The translations under genes and the position numbers were made by a program. Of a DNA stretch of 64,000 bases, positions 51,071-64,000 are shown in pieces (within the stretch, counting starts at the first letter, position 1; every line of letters begins with the position of its first letter). The DNA comes from Octopus sinensis. Lineage: Eukaryota. The notes under the pieces are model-generated. The model saw nothing but the letters and a program-made list of their open reading frames with translations. It was not told the DNA's origin and did not search any database. Where the stretch lies: contig NC_043010.1 of NCBI RefSeq assembly GCF_006345805.1, positions 7,564,001 to 7,628,000 of the forward strand, given 5' to 3'.

Positions 51071-52975
51071 GTAAATACACTCATATATATACACTCACAC
51101 ATATATATATGTGTATGTTTACACACACAAACACATACACACACGAGAGAGAGAGAGAGAGAACAGTAAAGGAGTCTAATGATTGTTTACTAATGTGTAT
51201 TATACTTATTGCAACTATTTAGTCTGTGGAACTATGTACTAATTGTATTTAGTGGCTGAGTATGCCACACACACACACACACAACACACACACACACATA
51301 TATATATATACATATGTACACTTTCAATATAATTCTCAGAAAATATTAACATGCATAGTTTCTTACAAAGCTGGCCCTTTTGATTACAGGCACAGCCCTC
51401 CCTGCAACATCCGTCCACACTGTGTCCATCAACCCAATTTATCTATACATGTTACAAGGTATAACACTGAGTCAGATAAAGTGCATATTATGTTTAGTTC
51501 CCCATTATTATGTATTATTTTCTAATTAACTAAACTTCAATCTATTAGATAAAAGTGATAGGTTACCAATATAACTAGATTCACGCAAGTCATATCTTCA
51601 ACATGTAATGGAAAATAAATTATTAACCTTGGCTTCACCTTAGATCAGTGATAAAATGAATTATTTGAGATTTAGATTGCTTATGGCTCTCTTACAATAA
51701 TCATATTTCTATCAAATTGCAATTACTTAGATAAGAGCTACAGAATGTGCATTTGGAAGTGTGTTAACTAGAGGTGCTCACTAAATTAATATATCCATAA
51801 AAGAATTCAATCATTTGTTAATATTAATTCTAGAAGTAGAAGTATTTTAATTTCTTTTCTCATTACTTAAGTATGATAACATGCTTTGGTGGTAAGTGGG
51901 TGACAGATAGCTGGGCAACAGGCAACTAGATGGCAGTGTGTATAACCAGAAATCAGTGATATTGGCCAACAAACAGCCAAAGTGACTGGAACACTAGAAT
52001 TTAGTTTGTGAGGAGTGTAAGTGTTGTTTGTTGTTGGGTCAGCAGTGATCAAGCAAAACTGAAAAATGTTCCAGTGAAGGTCAACTCTCTTTTTACACGT
52101 AAAGAGTATTTTGGCAAAATAAAAATATAAAAAAAATATTAAAAAATTTTTTAAATAGGATGGTTATTGTACAAATGTCTTTTATAAAGGGCTGCATCAA
52201 TCACAGTTGACTAGAGTTTGAACAACTGCAACAATTATTCAGACCTGAAGCAGACCTTGAGTAGATAGAGAATGTCATTGATGAGATCACAAATATTAAG
52301 TGAAAGGACTTTGACAAACCAAACTAAGTGATTCATTGACCGAATGATTAATCAAATAATCAATTAGCTAATTGGTTAAACGTTAACAAATTGACTTATA
52401 GAATCAATGCATGTGTTTATTACTAGTGAAATGACCCTCTGGAGATACAACAAAATCTGTTTCAACATACGAGATCACATCAAGAATCTTGCAAACCAAA
52501 TACAAAAAGCAACACAATAATACCTTTCCTTAAATTAATTCTCAGTGTTTCGGTCATTTAGGCTGTTAGCTGGTCCTTCTAATTGCTTAGTTCTCTGTTT
52601 GTCTAGTTACCCTATTACCTAGTAGTCCGTAGTCCAATTATTCTGTCAGGTAGTTGACCTTAAATTGATTACAGGCATTTCCTTAATTCTATATGGCCTA
52701 AAAATTACATAAAAAGAATTATTCAGTCACCACTTAACTGACCGTCATTCATAAGAAGCAAAAAGATGCAACTACGCCTTTATTTCTCAACTGTTTATGC
52801 CCCGTGCCACTCTTAGATTTTCCAAAATAAATGTTGGGCACCTTATCACAAACAGACAAAATTATTATTTACCATAGATGTGTCTGTTTGGCAACTTAGG
52901 CAGATGTTTTCTGCAATAGTCACAAGCCAACCACAGCCTTGTGAGTGGATCTGCTAGACAGAAACTTAAAGATTC

Positions 52976-53027
<52 letters not shown>

Positions 53028-53251
53028 CATAAATGTGTGTGTTTCTTGTCATCATGTTTGCCCCTCACCACCACCACCACTTGACTATTGGTGTTGGTGC
53101 ACTTACATCCCTGTAGCTTAGCAATTCAGCCAAAAGGACTGATAAAATATGTACCAGCCTTAAGAAAATAAGTACTGGATTCGATTTACTTGGCTAAAAT
53201 TCTTCAAATGATTGAAACAAGTAAAAGATAAAAGATATGTATATATGTAGT

Positions 53252-53583
53252 GAAGGTGCATGGCTAAGTGGTTAGAGCATCAAACTTGCAATCATGAGGT
53301 AGGGAGTTCGATTTCCAGACCAGGTTGCATGTTGTGTTCTGAAGCCAGGCACTTTATTTCACGTTACTCCCTTCACTCAGTTGTAAAAATGAGTTGCAAC
53401 ATCACTGGTGCCAAGCTGTACTGGTCTTTGCCTTTCCCATGGATAACATTGGTGGCATGGAGAGAGGAGGCTGGTGTGCATAGGCGACTGCTGGTCTTCC
53501 ATAAACAACCTTACTTGGACTTGTGCCTCAGGGGGGAACATTCTAGGTGCAATCCCATGGTCATTCATGACCAAAGGGGATCT
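53252..53583 (+). mobile_element. SINE family C copy (diverged)
   Basis: GAAGGTGCATGGCTAAGTGGTTAGAGC...GAGTTCGATTTCC...CATGACCAAAGGGGATC. Confidence 0.85.
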
Positions 53584-53884
53584 TTTTATATATGTATAAT
53601 TGAATGATTGAATGAATGAATGAATGTATTTATGTATGTATATATATATGTATTTCAAAGAAATTTTATTCACTTCTTACTTATTTACACCCAATTCTAA
53701 AATAATTCATGCTGCACCAAAATATTGCATTGCCCCTACAGTGTGTGCCCCATCTTAAAAAACACTACCCTATGCTGAAAAAGCTTCCAAATCCTCCAGA
53801 GAACATACTCAGTGTCTACAAATAAAGGCACACTCACTAATATAGTCCCAGATATATTATGATGCAAAATGAAATACTTACCAA

Positions 53885-54165
53885 TGTCGCCTTACTGGCA
53901 CCTGTGCCGGTGGCATGTGTAAAAAGATTTGAGCGAGGTCATTGCCAGTACTACCTGACTGGCCCCCGGGCCAGTAGCACATAAAAAACACGCACTACAC
54001 TCTCAGTCAGAGTGGTTGGCATTAGGAAGGGCATCCAGCTGTAGAAACTCTGTCAGATCAAGATAGGGGCCTGGTGCAGCCATCTGGTTCTCGCCAGCCC
54101 TCAGTCAAAATCGTCCAACCCATGCTAGCAGGGAAAGCGGACGTTAAACGATGATGATGATGATG
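53885..54165 (+). mobile_element. Retroposon family D copy
   Basis: AGGAAGGGCATCCAGCTGTAGAAAC...GGACGTTAAACGATGATGATG. Confidence 0.82.
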
Positions 54166-54645
54166 ACAAAAAATATGGTGTAGCCAAGGCTGAAATGGTT
54201 ACTCTTGAGTTTGGAACAATTGTTCTGTTATATCAGATTCGATCTAAGCCTCCACAACAACCGAAACATAACTGACATTCTTCAACTACTTGATAACTGC
54301 CAGCCAACTTGCTCTATCGTAGTTAAATGTAGAACAAATAACCTTAAAATTTCATTTGTTTGTCTATTTAAGTTAATCTCGATAGAAGATCTGTTTAAAT
54401 GTCACTAAAAGTAATGACTAAAATTTTCTTTCGATATCTGCCAATGAAATTTAATGCAAAGATAGATAAATATATAGATCTTGTCTATTCTTTAAAATAG
54501 ATTAAAAAGAAACAACAGGAAAAACTCCAATTAATCTTAGAATGGTCACCAAGGCAACATCTATAAGCTAGTAAAGGTATGTAGCCGGAATATAATTGAT
54601 GGCACATAATGAAACAATATAATCTTTATAGATACACACACACAC

Positions 54646-54676
<31 letters not shown>

Positions 54677-54814
54677 TGTATGTATGTATGTATGCGTGTA
54701 TCTATGTGTGTATGCGTGTATGTATGCATGTATGTATGCATGTGTGTATGTATGTATGTGTGTATATATACATATATATATATGTATATATAAGTATATA
54801 TATGCATATGTATA

Positions 54815-54851
<37 letters not shown>

Positions 54852-55757
54852 TATATATATTGTGTATATATTCATATGAATAATATATTGCATATATATA
54901 TATGCAATATACTATTCATATGAATGCATATATATATATATATATATATATACACCTTTACATAGTACAATATACATATATAGATATACACACACACACA
55001 AATAAACATGAATATATTCAAGCATGTGTTAGTGTGTGTGTTTGTATGGGTGTGTGTGTGCGTGTTTATGTGCACGTGTGTGTGTGTGTGTGTGTGTGTT
55101 TGTATGCATGTGTGTATGAGTGTACATAGAAAGCACTGTAAAAGCAGCTTAGAAGTAAATTTAGAAAACTGATATTTAAAAATATGAAAATGATGGTAGT
55201 TATAGTGTTTCTAAGAAATAAGTTTCTCTCTCAGCCAACATTTATGTTTCCATTGACAAAAATGTTTCTGTCTTGGCTAACATTTATGAGCATTCAATGT
55301 TACAGCACCACTTTTATCAAACAGAAGAATTTTCCCATATAAAGCTTTTTCTGTAGATCTTGATAGTCGTCCATCCCATTAAATATATCATGGTGGTGAT
55401 GACGATGGTGGTGGTGGTGGTGGTGGTGGTGGTGACAGTGGCTGTGGATTGCTGTTGTTGTTGTAGTGGTGATGATGATGATGATGATGATGTGATGATG
55501 ATGATGATGATGATGATGATGACTGTAATGATTCATTTTGTTAGTACAAGACCTTCAAAGTTTCGGGGAAACAACATTGATACAAACCTAGGCATATGTG
55601 CGTGTGTATATATATAATGTGTGTTGTGCGTATACATACATGCATACATACCTTCATATATATGTACATATATAATATGTAAATATCTATATTTTTATAT
55701 ATATGTGTATACATACGGATATACATATCTATTTATCTATTTATCTATCTATATATC

Positions 55758-55841
<84 letters not shown>

Positions 55842-56039
55842 GACTGCGTGTGTATTGTTGGAATTATCTTTCTCTGTCTCACCTTCTTTGGACTATATTT
55901 CTATATTTCTGATGAAGAGCTCTGCTCGAAACGTGAAATCCTCTTTCTTTTCTTTACTTTCCTGAGCATCCAATAATACTGTACTTATTCCACATCCTCA
56001 CGTTGTTGTTTTTTCTGGCTTGCTCATGTTTGGATTAAG

Positions 56040-56040
<1 letters not shown>
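55842..56040 (+). mobile_element. Penelope-like pLTR fragment with a minimal hammerhead (55905-55939), cleavage triplet mutated to GUG
   Basis: ATTT-CTGATGA-A-GAGC tct GCTC-GAAAC-GTG-AAAT. Lies between (TA)n tracts. Confidence 0.7.
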
Positions 56041-56081
<41 letters not shown>

Positions 56082-56624
56082 CTCTGTGTGTGTTTAGATA
56101 AGTTTTAAAATTATAAATTAAGAATAGGTGCGAAAATAACTTTAGGAAAAGAAAATCAGGTATGATATCCCTATAGACAGAAAAAAGGAGCCAACAGCTG
56201 TTACAGAAAATCAAAAAGGAATAACAGATGCTGGCCACTTTTTCTCTCGATAGGCATATTTTTACCCAATTTTCTAAAGCTATTTTCATGGCTGTTATCC
56301 TGCATTGAAGATTTTCTCAAATTTCTAAAAGTATGCCAACTCACTTGACACTTAATATTTGTTTGTATATCTATTATCTGTTTCAGCCATTTGACTATGG
56401 CCATGATGGAGCACCACCCTGAAGAGCCTTTACTTGAATAAATCGACCCCAGTACTTATTTTTTTAGATTTTAAGCCTGGTACTTATTCTACCGGTCACT
56501 TTTTGCCAGACTGCTTAGTTACAGGGATGTAAACAAACCAATACCAATTGTAAAGTAGTGGTGGGGGGCAAACACAGACACAAGTACACACACATACAGA
56601 CACACACACATTTACACAGACATT

Positions 56625-56800
56625 TGTAGTCACTAAACCTTTTTGTATTTTCTCTCCCTGTTTATTTCTGTGTTCCTTTCTGTCGAAGAGCAAAGGCTCG
56701 AAACATAAAAGATTTTCTCACTTCCCGAGCATTAAACTAAAACATCTGTTTGTTCTTTACACACGTGTCTTCATCTTTTATTTTTTTATAAATTCTCACT

Positions 56801-56802
<2 letters not shown>
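56625..56802 (+). mobile_element. Penelope-like pLTR fragment with a variant hammerhead (56676-56711), inserted in the linker of a family-B SINE
   Basis: CTTT-CTGTCGA-A-GAGC aaag GCTC-GAAAC-ATA-AAAG. Confidence 0.65.
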
Positions 56803-56834
<32 letters not shown>

Positions 56835-57249
56835 GCATTTGTTAAATTTTCTTGAGAACATTCCCTTCTATTTCTAGCATAATGGATGTCTACGTAGTGG
56901 TCATCCCTCTTATACGTATGTAATATATATATATATATGATGAGCTTCTTTCAGTTTCCATCTACCAAATCCACTCACAAGGCTTTAGTTGACCCAAGGC
57001 TGTAGTAGTGGGACTGAACCCGGAACCATGTGGTTGGAAAGCAAGCATTTAGGGTATAGAAGTGCTGATGCTCTTTTTTGTAATGAATAGAGCCAGCTTG
57101 TAATAGAACTAGACTGAAGAAGTTAAGGTCATATATAATAAGAATGCTAGACTTTTGTGAGAGAACCAAATTGAAGAAACAGTGAGGTCAGATAAGAAGA
57201 ATACTGGTTTTCACAGATGAGGCGATGCAAATTCAAGACATTTGCTTAT

Positions 57250-57750
57250 CATGGTATGGTGATGATGATGGTGGTAGTAATAGTGATTGTGATAGTGAGG
57301 GATAGTTATGGTGGTGGGGGATAGTGGTAGTGAGGGATAGTGGTGGGGTGGAATAGTGGTGGGGTGGGATAGTGGTGGTGGTGGGGTGGATAATAGTAGT
57401 GGTAGCAGTGGTGGTGATGGTGGTGGATAATAGTAGTGGTAGCAGTAGTGGTGATGGTGGTGGCAGTGGCCATGGTGGTGGTGTTGGTGGTGGCGGCGGC
57501 GGTGGTGGTGGTGGGTGATAGTGGTAGTGAGGGATAGTGGGGGGGGATAGAGTTGCGGTGGGATAGTGGTGGGTTGGGATACTGGTGGTGGTGGGGTGGA
57601 TAATAGTAGTGGTGGCAGTGGTGGTGGTGGTGGTGGCGGCGGTGGTGGTGGTGGTGGTGGTGACAGTGGCAGTGGTAGTGGTGGTGGTGGTGGTGGTGAT
57701 GATGACGATAACAAAGAAATAACAACAACGACGACGACGATGATGATGAA
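57250..57750. repeat. (GGT)-rich compound repeat with GGGATAGT subunits
   Basis: Direct reading. Confidence 0.9.
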
Positions 57751-58276
57751 TGTTACTCGTCCTTTCATTCTCTTTTCGTTTCACTCTTGGCGAAATGATA
57801 AATAAAATGATAGGGAAATAGACAACAGACAACAGATATATATATATATATATATACATCAAGAGACAGACAAATGGAAATTAGTATTAGTCGAGGTGTA
57901 ATTGCTGCACAGTTAAGATGTTACAATACTGATCGGAAGGTCGTAGTTCAGACATAACCAGAAAGTTGTGCCTGTAGTGAAAACACATCATACCACAGTC
58001 TTACTTCAGCTCTGATACACCAATGAATATAAATATTGCTTCGTTGTTCATGGCTGAGTGATTTTTAACTGGAAGGGAATTCTACTCTACAATAATTGCT
58101 CCAACAATTTAAATGTTTTACAGTTTTGTGTTTATGTTTGTGTAAGATTTAGTGTCTGCGTACGTGCGGAGTATATATTTTCTCATTAGTTGAACATTAT
58201 ACATTTATATTTATAATGGAAGTGTATAGAATTGTGTCACTTATGAGTATATGATAATTAGTATAGCAGCTGTATA

Positions 58277-58673
58277 TCTTTATATATAAAAGAGAGGTTG
58301 TGTGTCTGTCTCCTACGATTTAGATTCCTAACTACTCCCACAATTTGCGGTGCAGTTGAACCAAAACCGGGTATCTTACAGTCGTGATTCATATCGAGCC
58401 CTTCTGGGTATTAGCACGCATCTACGATGAGTCTACGATCTAAAAAAAAATTACCATCATTTTTTTCCATTTTAATGCATTTTTTTCGCTATTATATAAG
58501 GGAAGTAACTCTCTAAAAATGTCTATGATGAGTCAACGATTTTAAAAAAATTTTACCATCATTTTTTTCCCATTTTTAATGCATTTTTTGCTATTTTTTG
58601 GCTATAACTCTCTAAAAATGCTTATATAGTTATTTCCCTTACAAACCCGAGCAACGCCGGGTGATACTGCTAG
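58277..58673 (+). mobile_element. Non-autonomous Helitron
   Basis: Starts TC(TTTATATATAAAA) after an A. Ends with hairpin CCCG-agcaacgc-CGGG and terminal CTAG followed by T. No TSD. Contains an internal ~100-bp duplication. Confidence 0.85.
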
Positions 58674-59322
58674 TATATATATATAACCGTAATACACACA
58701 GTAGTTAAATATCTACGTATGATGTGTCTACTATATGTATATATATATATATACACAGTAATTAAATATCTACGTATGATGTGTCTACTATATATATATA
58801 TATATATATATACATATAGTAGACACATCATACGTAGATATTTAATTACTGTGTGTATTACGGTTTTAGAATAAGTAAGCTGTGTTTCTATGTGTTCTAA
58901 GAGGTGGTTGAAAAGGGTTGGCAACAAGAAAGACGCCATAAAAGATTGCCTTATAAAATAGGAACCATGATGACTATGAAACTGTCGTGGAGGCTTGTCA
59001 AAACTAACCTCACCACTTTAGCGAGGAAAACAGCCTAAACATTCGGAAGACACAGAGATAGTTGAAAAGGGAAGGAGGGGCGCGGAGACCATAAGCATCT
59101 GAAAATAAAGCCTAGTAAAAGTGGCATCAGAAAACCACAAAGGAAGGTGATTCGGTAATATTCAGGAATGAACGGGGGAGGAAGATAATGGAAAAGCATG
59201 AGGCTGGTTAATGACCAGGAAATATGGATGGAGGAGATTGAGCCGCTTGCTGTGTAAGTACAGCCGCACTGTATCGCAGATGTTGATTGATTCCCACATT
59301 AAATAATATTTGTCGTAACTCA

Positions 59323-59735
59323 TTTACTCTTTTACTTGTTTCAGTCATTTGACTGCGGCCATGCTGGAGCACCGCCCATTAGTCGAGCAAATCGACCCCG
59401 GGACTTATTCTTTTTGTACGCCCAGTACTTATTCTATCGGTCTCTTTTGCCGAACCGCTAAGTGATGGGGACGTAAACACACACCAGCATCGGTCGTCAA
59501 GCAATGCTAGGGGGACAAACACAGACACACAACACACACACACACATACATACATATACATATGCATATATACGACAGGCTTCTTTCAGTTTCCGTCTAC
59601 CAAATCCACTCACAAGGCACTGGTCGGCCCGGGGCTATAGCAGAAGACACTTGCCCAAGATGCCACGCAGTGGGACTGAACCCGGAACCATGTGGTTGGT
59701 TAGCAAGCTACTTACCACACAGCCACTCCTGCGCC
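59323..59735 (-). mobile_element. SINE family B copy (full length, young)
   Basis: Close to consensus, with CpGs retained. Confidence 0.92.
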
Positions 59736-60315
59736 TACTGAGAATACTTCTTAGTTTAATTATTTTGCTTAAGTAACAAACTTTCCTATAGAAGTCACTA
59801 AGGTATAAATTTATATCTCATGGTTCTGCATGTTTTACATTCCTGGTTAAATTTCATTTTTATTACATTGGTCAAGGAATAGAAGTTGCATCCATTCTCT
59901 TAATAGGCCTTCCCTGACTAAATGAGATCATTTTTATTGTTTTTTTGTTGTCCTGATCAAGGTCAATTCTGATCCAGCAGAATTAAGATCAATAACATTC
60001 AAACCTTGCCTATTATGTCTTCTGTCTTTCCCTTGAGTATAATGCATTTAAATATTATTCCATGTGTCTTCCTTTTTTAATACAGCAGGGTGTAATTTGG
60101 GAAAGATTTGGCAGGTACTTATGGCAGATCAAATGACCACAAAAGGGCTCTCATATTTAGTGTTCTCATTTAACCCCGAGATCCACATCAGCCCCGACCG
60201 AAGCATCCAAGCTTTATGAAGTAAAGAATTCAAGCTATGACCATCCTGCCTTTTATTCAGACACAGCAAAATTTTGGACAAATTAATCAGTATGTCCCTT
60301 TAGTTAAAGATATTA

Positions 60316-60697
60316 GGCGCAGGAGTGGCTGTGTAGCTTGCTTACCAATCACATGGTTCCGGGTTCAGTCCCACTGTGTGGCACCTTGGGCAAGTGTCTT
60401 CTACTATAGCCTCAGGCCGACCAAAGCCTTGTGAGTGGATTTTGTAGACGGAAAGTGAAAAGAAGCCCGTCGTATATATGTATATATGTGTGTCTGTGTT
60501 TTTCTCCCCAACATCGCTTGACAACAGATGCTTGTGTGTTTATATCCCCTGTAACTTAGCAGTTCGGCAAAAGAGATCGATAGAATAAGTACTAGGCTTA
60601 CAAAGAATAAGTACTGGGATCGATTTGCTCGACTAAAGGCGGTGCTCCAGCATGGCCACAGTCAAATGACTGAAACAAGTAAAAGAGTAAAAGAGTA
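60316..60697 (+). mobile_element. SINE family B copy (full length)
   Basis: AGGCGCAGGAGTGGCTG...GTAAAAGAGTAAAAGAGT. Confidence 0.9.
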
Positions 60698-62237
60698 GTT
60701 ACTGGAGAGGGACTATGCTTCTATTTTTAGCAGATTGAATAACTATGCAAAGGTTCCACCCAATGTAGTTCACAAGCAGCTTCAATAAATTGATGTCCAT
60801 CTAGAAAATATGGTATAGTAGAAAGAATATTACAGAAAGCTGCTGTTCTGAAGAGAAGAGATTGGCCAGTATGATGGTTTTGCAGATGAGACAGAGTGGG
60901 ATTGAATGATGAAAAAGGGAGAGGCAAATATAATAGATGGACTCTAAGGAAAGTGGTATTCAGGCAGTATATTAATTTAAAGAATTAAGGAACCATTGTT
61001 GTGGCAGAAGGGATATATGTATATGTATGTATGTGTGTGTGTATGTATAATCTCACACAGATACATCATCATCATCACATATATTATATATATGCATATA
61101 TATACATATATATGTATATATATAATACATACATATGTATGTAAATATATACAATATATATGCATACATACATGTATATGTGTGTGAGAGAGATATAGCT
61201 ATATATACACACAGAAACACTCATTAGAGAGAGAGACAGAGACAGAGACAGACAGATAGATAGCACATGGTTGAAGCAGTAAGTGGCTGCATGTTTGTTG
61301 AATGAAGGTTTGCTAATCAGTTGGATAGCTAATTATTTGATGAGAGAGAGAGGAGTTCCAATTTAAAGTGTTTGCATTAGGCAGCTGCTCCACTCTCTGG
61401 TGGGAGCTTTCACTTGTGCTTTTTGTACAAACCCCGCCAACTGATTTAGGGTTGGGTTGAAGTACTTCCTAACCCCTGAAATGCAAATCCTCATAGACTC
61501 TAAGGATTTATCTCATAAAAGAAGAAATGAGGAGACAAACAAATGGAAGAATTTAAGAAGAGATAATTATGATTTTTTTTTTTTTTTTTTTCTTATTTGA
61601 AAGACTCTGCAAAGGATGTTAACTCTGAATCACATATGTCTAATCAAATATATTATATACATAGATCAATGATGTAGACTAATGTCTGGCATAACAAAAT
61701 TAGAGTTGGAAATCTCATCCCTTTTTTCTTAGAATTTCACAGGATTTGAATTGAGTGACAAATAGTGACATAACGAAGATCCGTGTTCTTTAGTTACCTT
61801 TGATTATAATGGGTGAGACCATAATGGAGCATTGCTTTCGTGTAGTCTTGTAATAGACATTTGGATTAAAACATGTTGATGTATAAGTATTGAAATACTT
61901 CATGTTCCTCTTGCATATATATATATATATACAAACACACATACACAGACTCACACACATGCACATACACACAAACATATGCACACATACATAAATACTT
62001 AAATACACACATGTGTGTGTGTATTTATACATGCACATGCATATATACATTTACAGATCTATACATATATACAGATAGAGAGAGAGAGAGAGAGGGGGGG
62101 GAGGGGGAGAAGGGGAGGGAGAGAGAGAGAGGAGGGAGAGAGAGAGGTGAGAGAGAGATTTCTAGATAGATATATGCACATACATCTATACTCAGTTATT
62201 TATATACCAATCTATTCTATCTTCCTATATATATATA

Positions 62238-62296
<59 letters not shown>

Positions 62297-62380
62297 TGTA
62301 TGCATGCATGTATACACACACAACATATATATATATAATAAATAAATGAATAATATATATATATATATATACATATATAG

Positions 62381-62413
<33 letters not shown>

Positions 62414-62866
62414 AAGAGAGAGAGGAGAGAGAGAGACACATAGCATTAGCAATATAAAAGGTATGAACTGACTACAAACAGGAGCAAAGGCTAGGTTGTT
62501 ATTTGTCACGGAGAGCTTGGTTACATTTTTTTTTCTGTAAGTTACTCAACTTATCAAGAATATCTATTTTTGTTTGCTTCACTTCCATAGAATTTTGCAG
62601 TCATTAACCCATTTGATACAAACCAGTCTGAAACCAGCTTATTTTCTCTGATACAAATTCCTTGTTTTAAAAGGATCAAAGTGAAAAATCCTTCATCGAA
62701 TTTTAACACCAACTTAATATTGGTTTCAAATTTTGATACAAGGCCAGCAAGCTTCAGGTGGGGTGGGTATAAATCGATTTTCTTAACTCTGACCCCAGTG
62801 TTTGACAGGTGCTCATTTTATCAACCCTGAAAGAATAAAAGAACTGTCAACCTTGGTGGAATTTGA

Positions 62867-63060
62867 GCTCTTTTACTTGTTTCAGTCATTTGACTGCAGC
62901 CATGCTGGAGCACCACCTTTAGCCGAGCAAATTGACCTCAGGACTTATTCTTCGTAAGCCTAGTACTTATTCTATTGGTCTCTTTTGCTGAACTGCTAAA
63001 TTACAGTGACGTAAACACACCAGCATCGGTTGTCAAGCGATGTTGAGGGGACAAACGCAG

Positions 63061-63093
<33 letters not shown>

Positions 63094-63256
63094 CATATAT
63101 ACGATGGGCTTCTTTCAGTTTCCATCTACCAAATCCACTCACAAGGCTTTGGTCGGCCCAAAGCTATAGTAGAAGACACTTGCCCAAGGTGCCACGCAGT
63201 GGGACTGAACCTCGAACCATGTGGTTGGTAAGGAAGCTACTTACCACACAGCCACT
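62867..63256 (-). mobile_element. SINE family B copy nested in a family-A-related SINE (62722-63330)
   Basis: The host is interrupted after GGAATTTGAGC and resumes with ...GCTAGGCATTTCGTCCAG. Confidence 0.82.
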
Positions 63257-63673
63257 AAAAATCTATTGACAGATGGAATGCTGCTAGGCATTTCGTCCAG
63301 AATGCAAACAACTCTGCTAGTTTGCTGTCTTACATCAGGTCGACACTGATTTCAAATTTTGGCACAAGACCAGCAATTTTAGGGGTGGGGGATAAGTGAA
63401 CTACATCAACCCCAGCAGTACTTACTGGTACTTACTGTATCAACCCTGAAAGGGTGGAAGGCAGAAAAGAACCTCGATAGAATTTGTGCACAGAACATGA
63501 AGAAAGACAAAATGTCCCTAACTTTTCTGTCCAGCATGCCAACAATTCTGCCAACTCACTCAGTCATACCAGTTTACTATTGATAGTTATTTCAATAAAT
63601 TCTTCATTATTTTCAAGACTAATGAAACAAAAGCAGTATATTTCAGCATTAGTATGGTTATCAGGTCAGGTCA

Positions 63674-64000
63674 GGACCCCCTTCGGTCATGACAGTGACC
63701 ATGGGATTGCACCTAGAAAGTTACCCTCCTAGTCACAAGTCTGAGCAAGGTGGTTTATGGAAGACCAGCAGTTGCCCATGCATACCGGCCTCCCCTCTCC
63801 ATGCCACCAGTGTTATCCAAGGGAAAGGCAAAGGGGCCGATACAGCTTGGCACCCGTGACATCGCAACTTATTTCTACAGCTGAGTTAACTGGAGTAACG
63901 TGAAATAAAGTGTCTTGCTCAAGAACACAACATGCAGCCCGGTCCAGGATTTGCGCTCACAACCTCACGGTCGTAGGCTCGACGCTCTAACCACTGAGCC
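63674..64000 (-). mobile_element. SINE family C copy (runs off the window end)
   Basis: Homologous to 11851-12191. Confidence 0.88.

Noticed and set aside
60727-60927. 66-aa minus-strand ORF (..QSLLFRTAAFCNIL..)
   Set aside because: Weakly resembles a decayed LINE ORF2 end. Too degenerate to call, and not a host gene.

Overview
AT-rich, repeat-saturated eukaryotic DNA, most likely from an octopus or other coleoid cephalopod; this is inferred from the SINE families and the microsatellite load. I find no supportable host protein-coding exon. Nearly every ORF in the track is a translated microsatellite or SINE, so the window looks intronic or intergenic. It contains at least four SINE-like families (over 35 copies), two mariner fossils, a DD41D/rosa-like mini-transposon, hAT MITEs, a non-autonomous Helitron, and CR1-, RTE- and Tx1-like LINE fragments. 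Two things stand out. (1) About ten hammerhead-ribozyme (HHR) motifs are present. They include a perfect type-I HHR heading a ~250-bp, hairpin-rich, TSD-flanked non-coding element (41257-41506), a 530-bp head-to-tail dimer with one HHR per unit (32143-33160), and a 60-bp-arm palindrome built from HHRs (9932-10056). These are candidate Penelope-associated or retrozyme-like self-cleaving RNA elements. (2) One SINE appears to carry its own preferred target motif (GGTAT) and to build 184-bp tandem arrays by inserting into itself. All folds and alignments were done by eye, and family names are recalled rather than taken from database searches.
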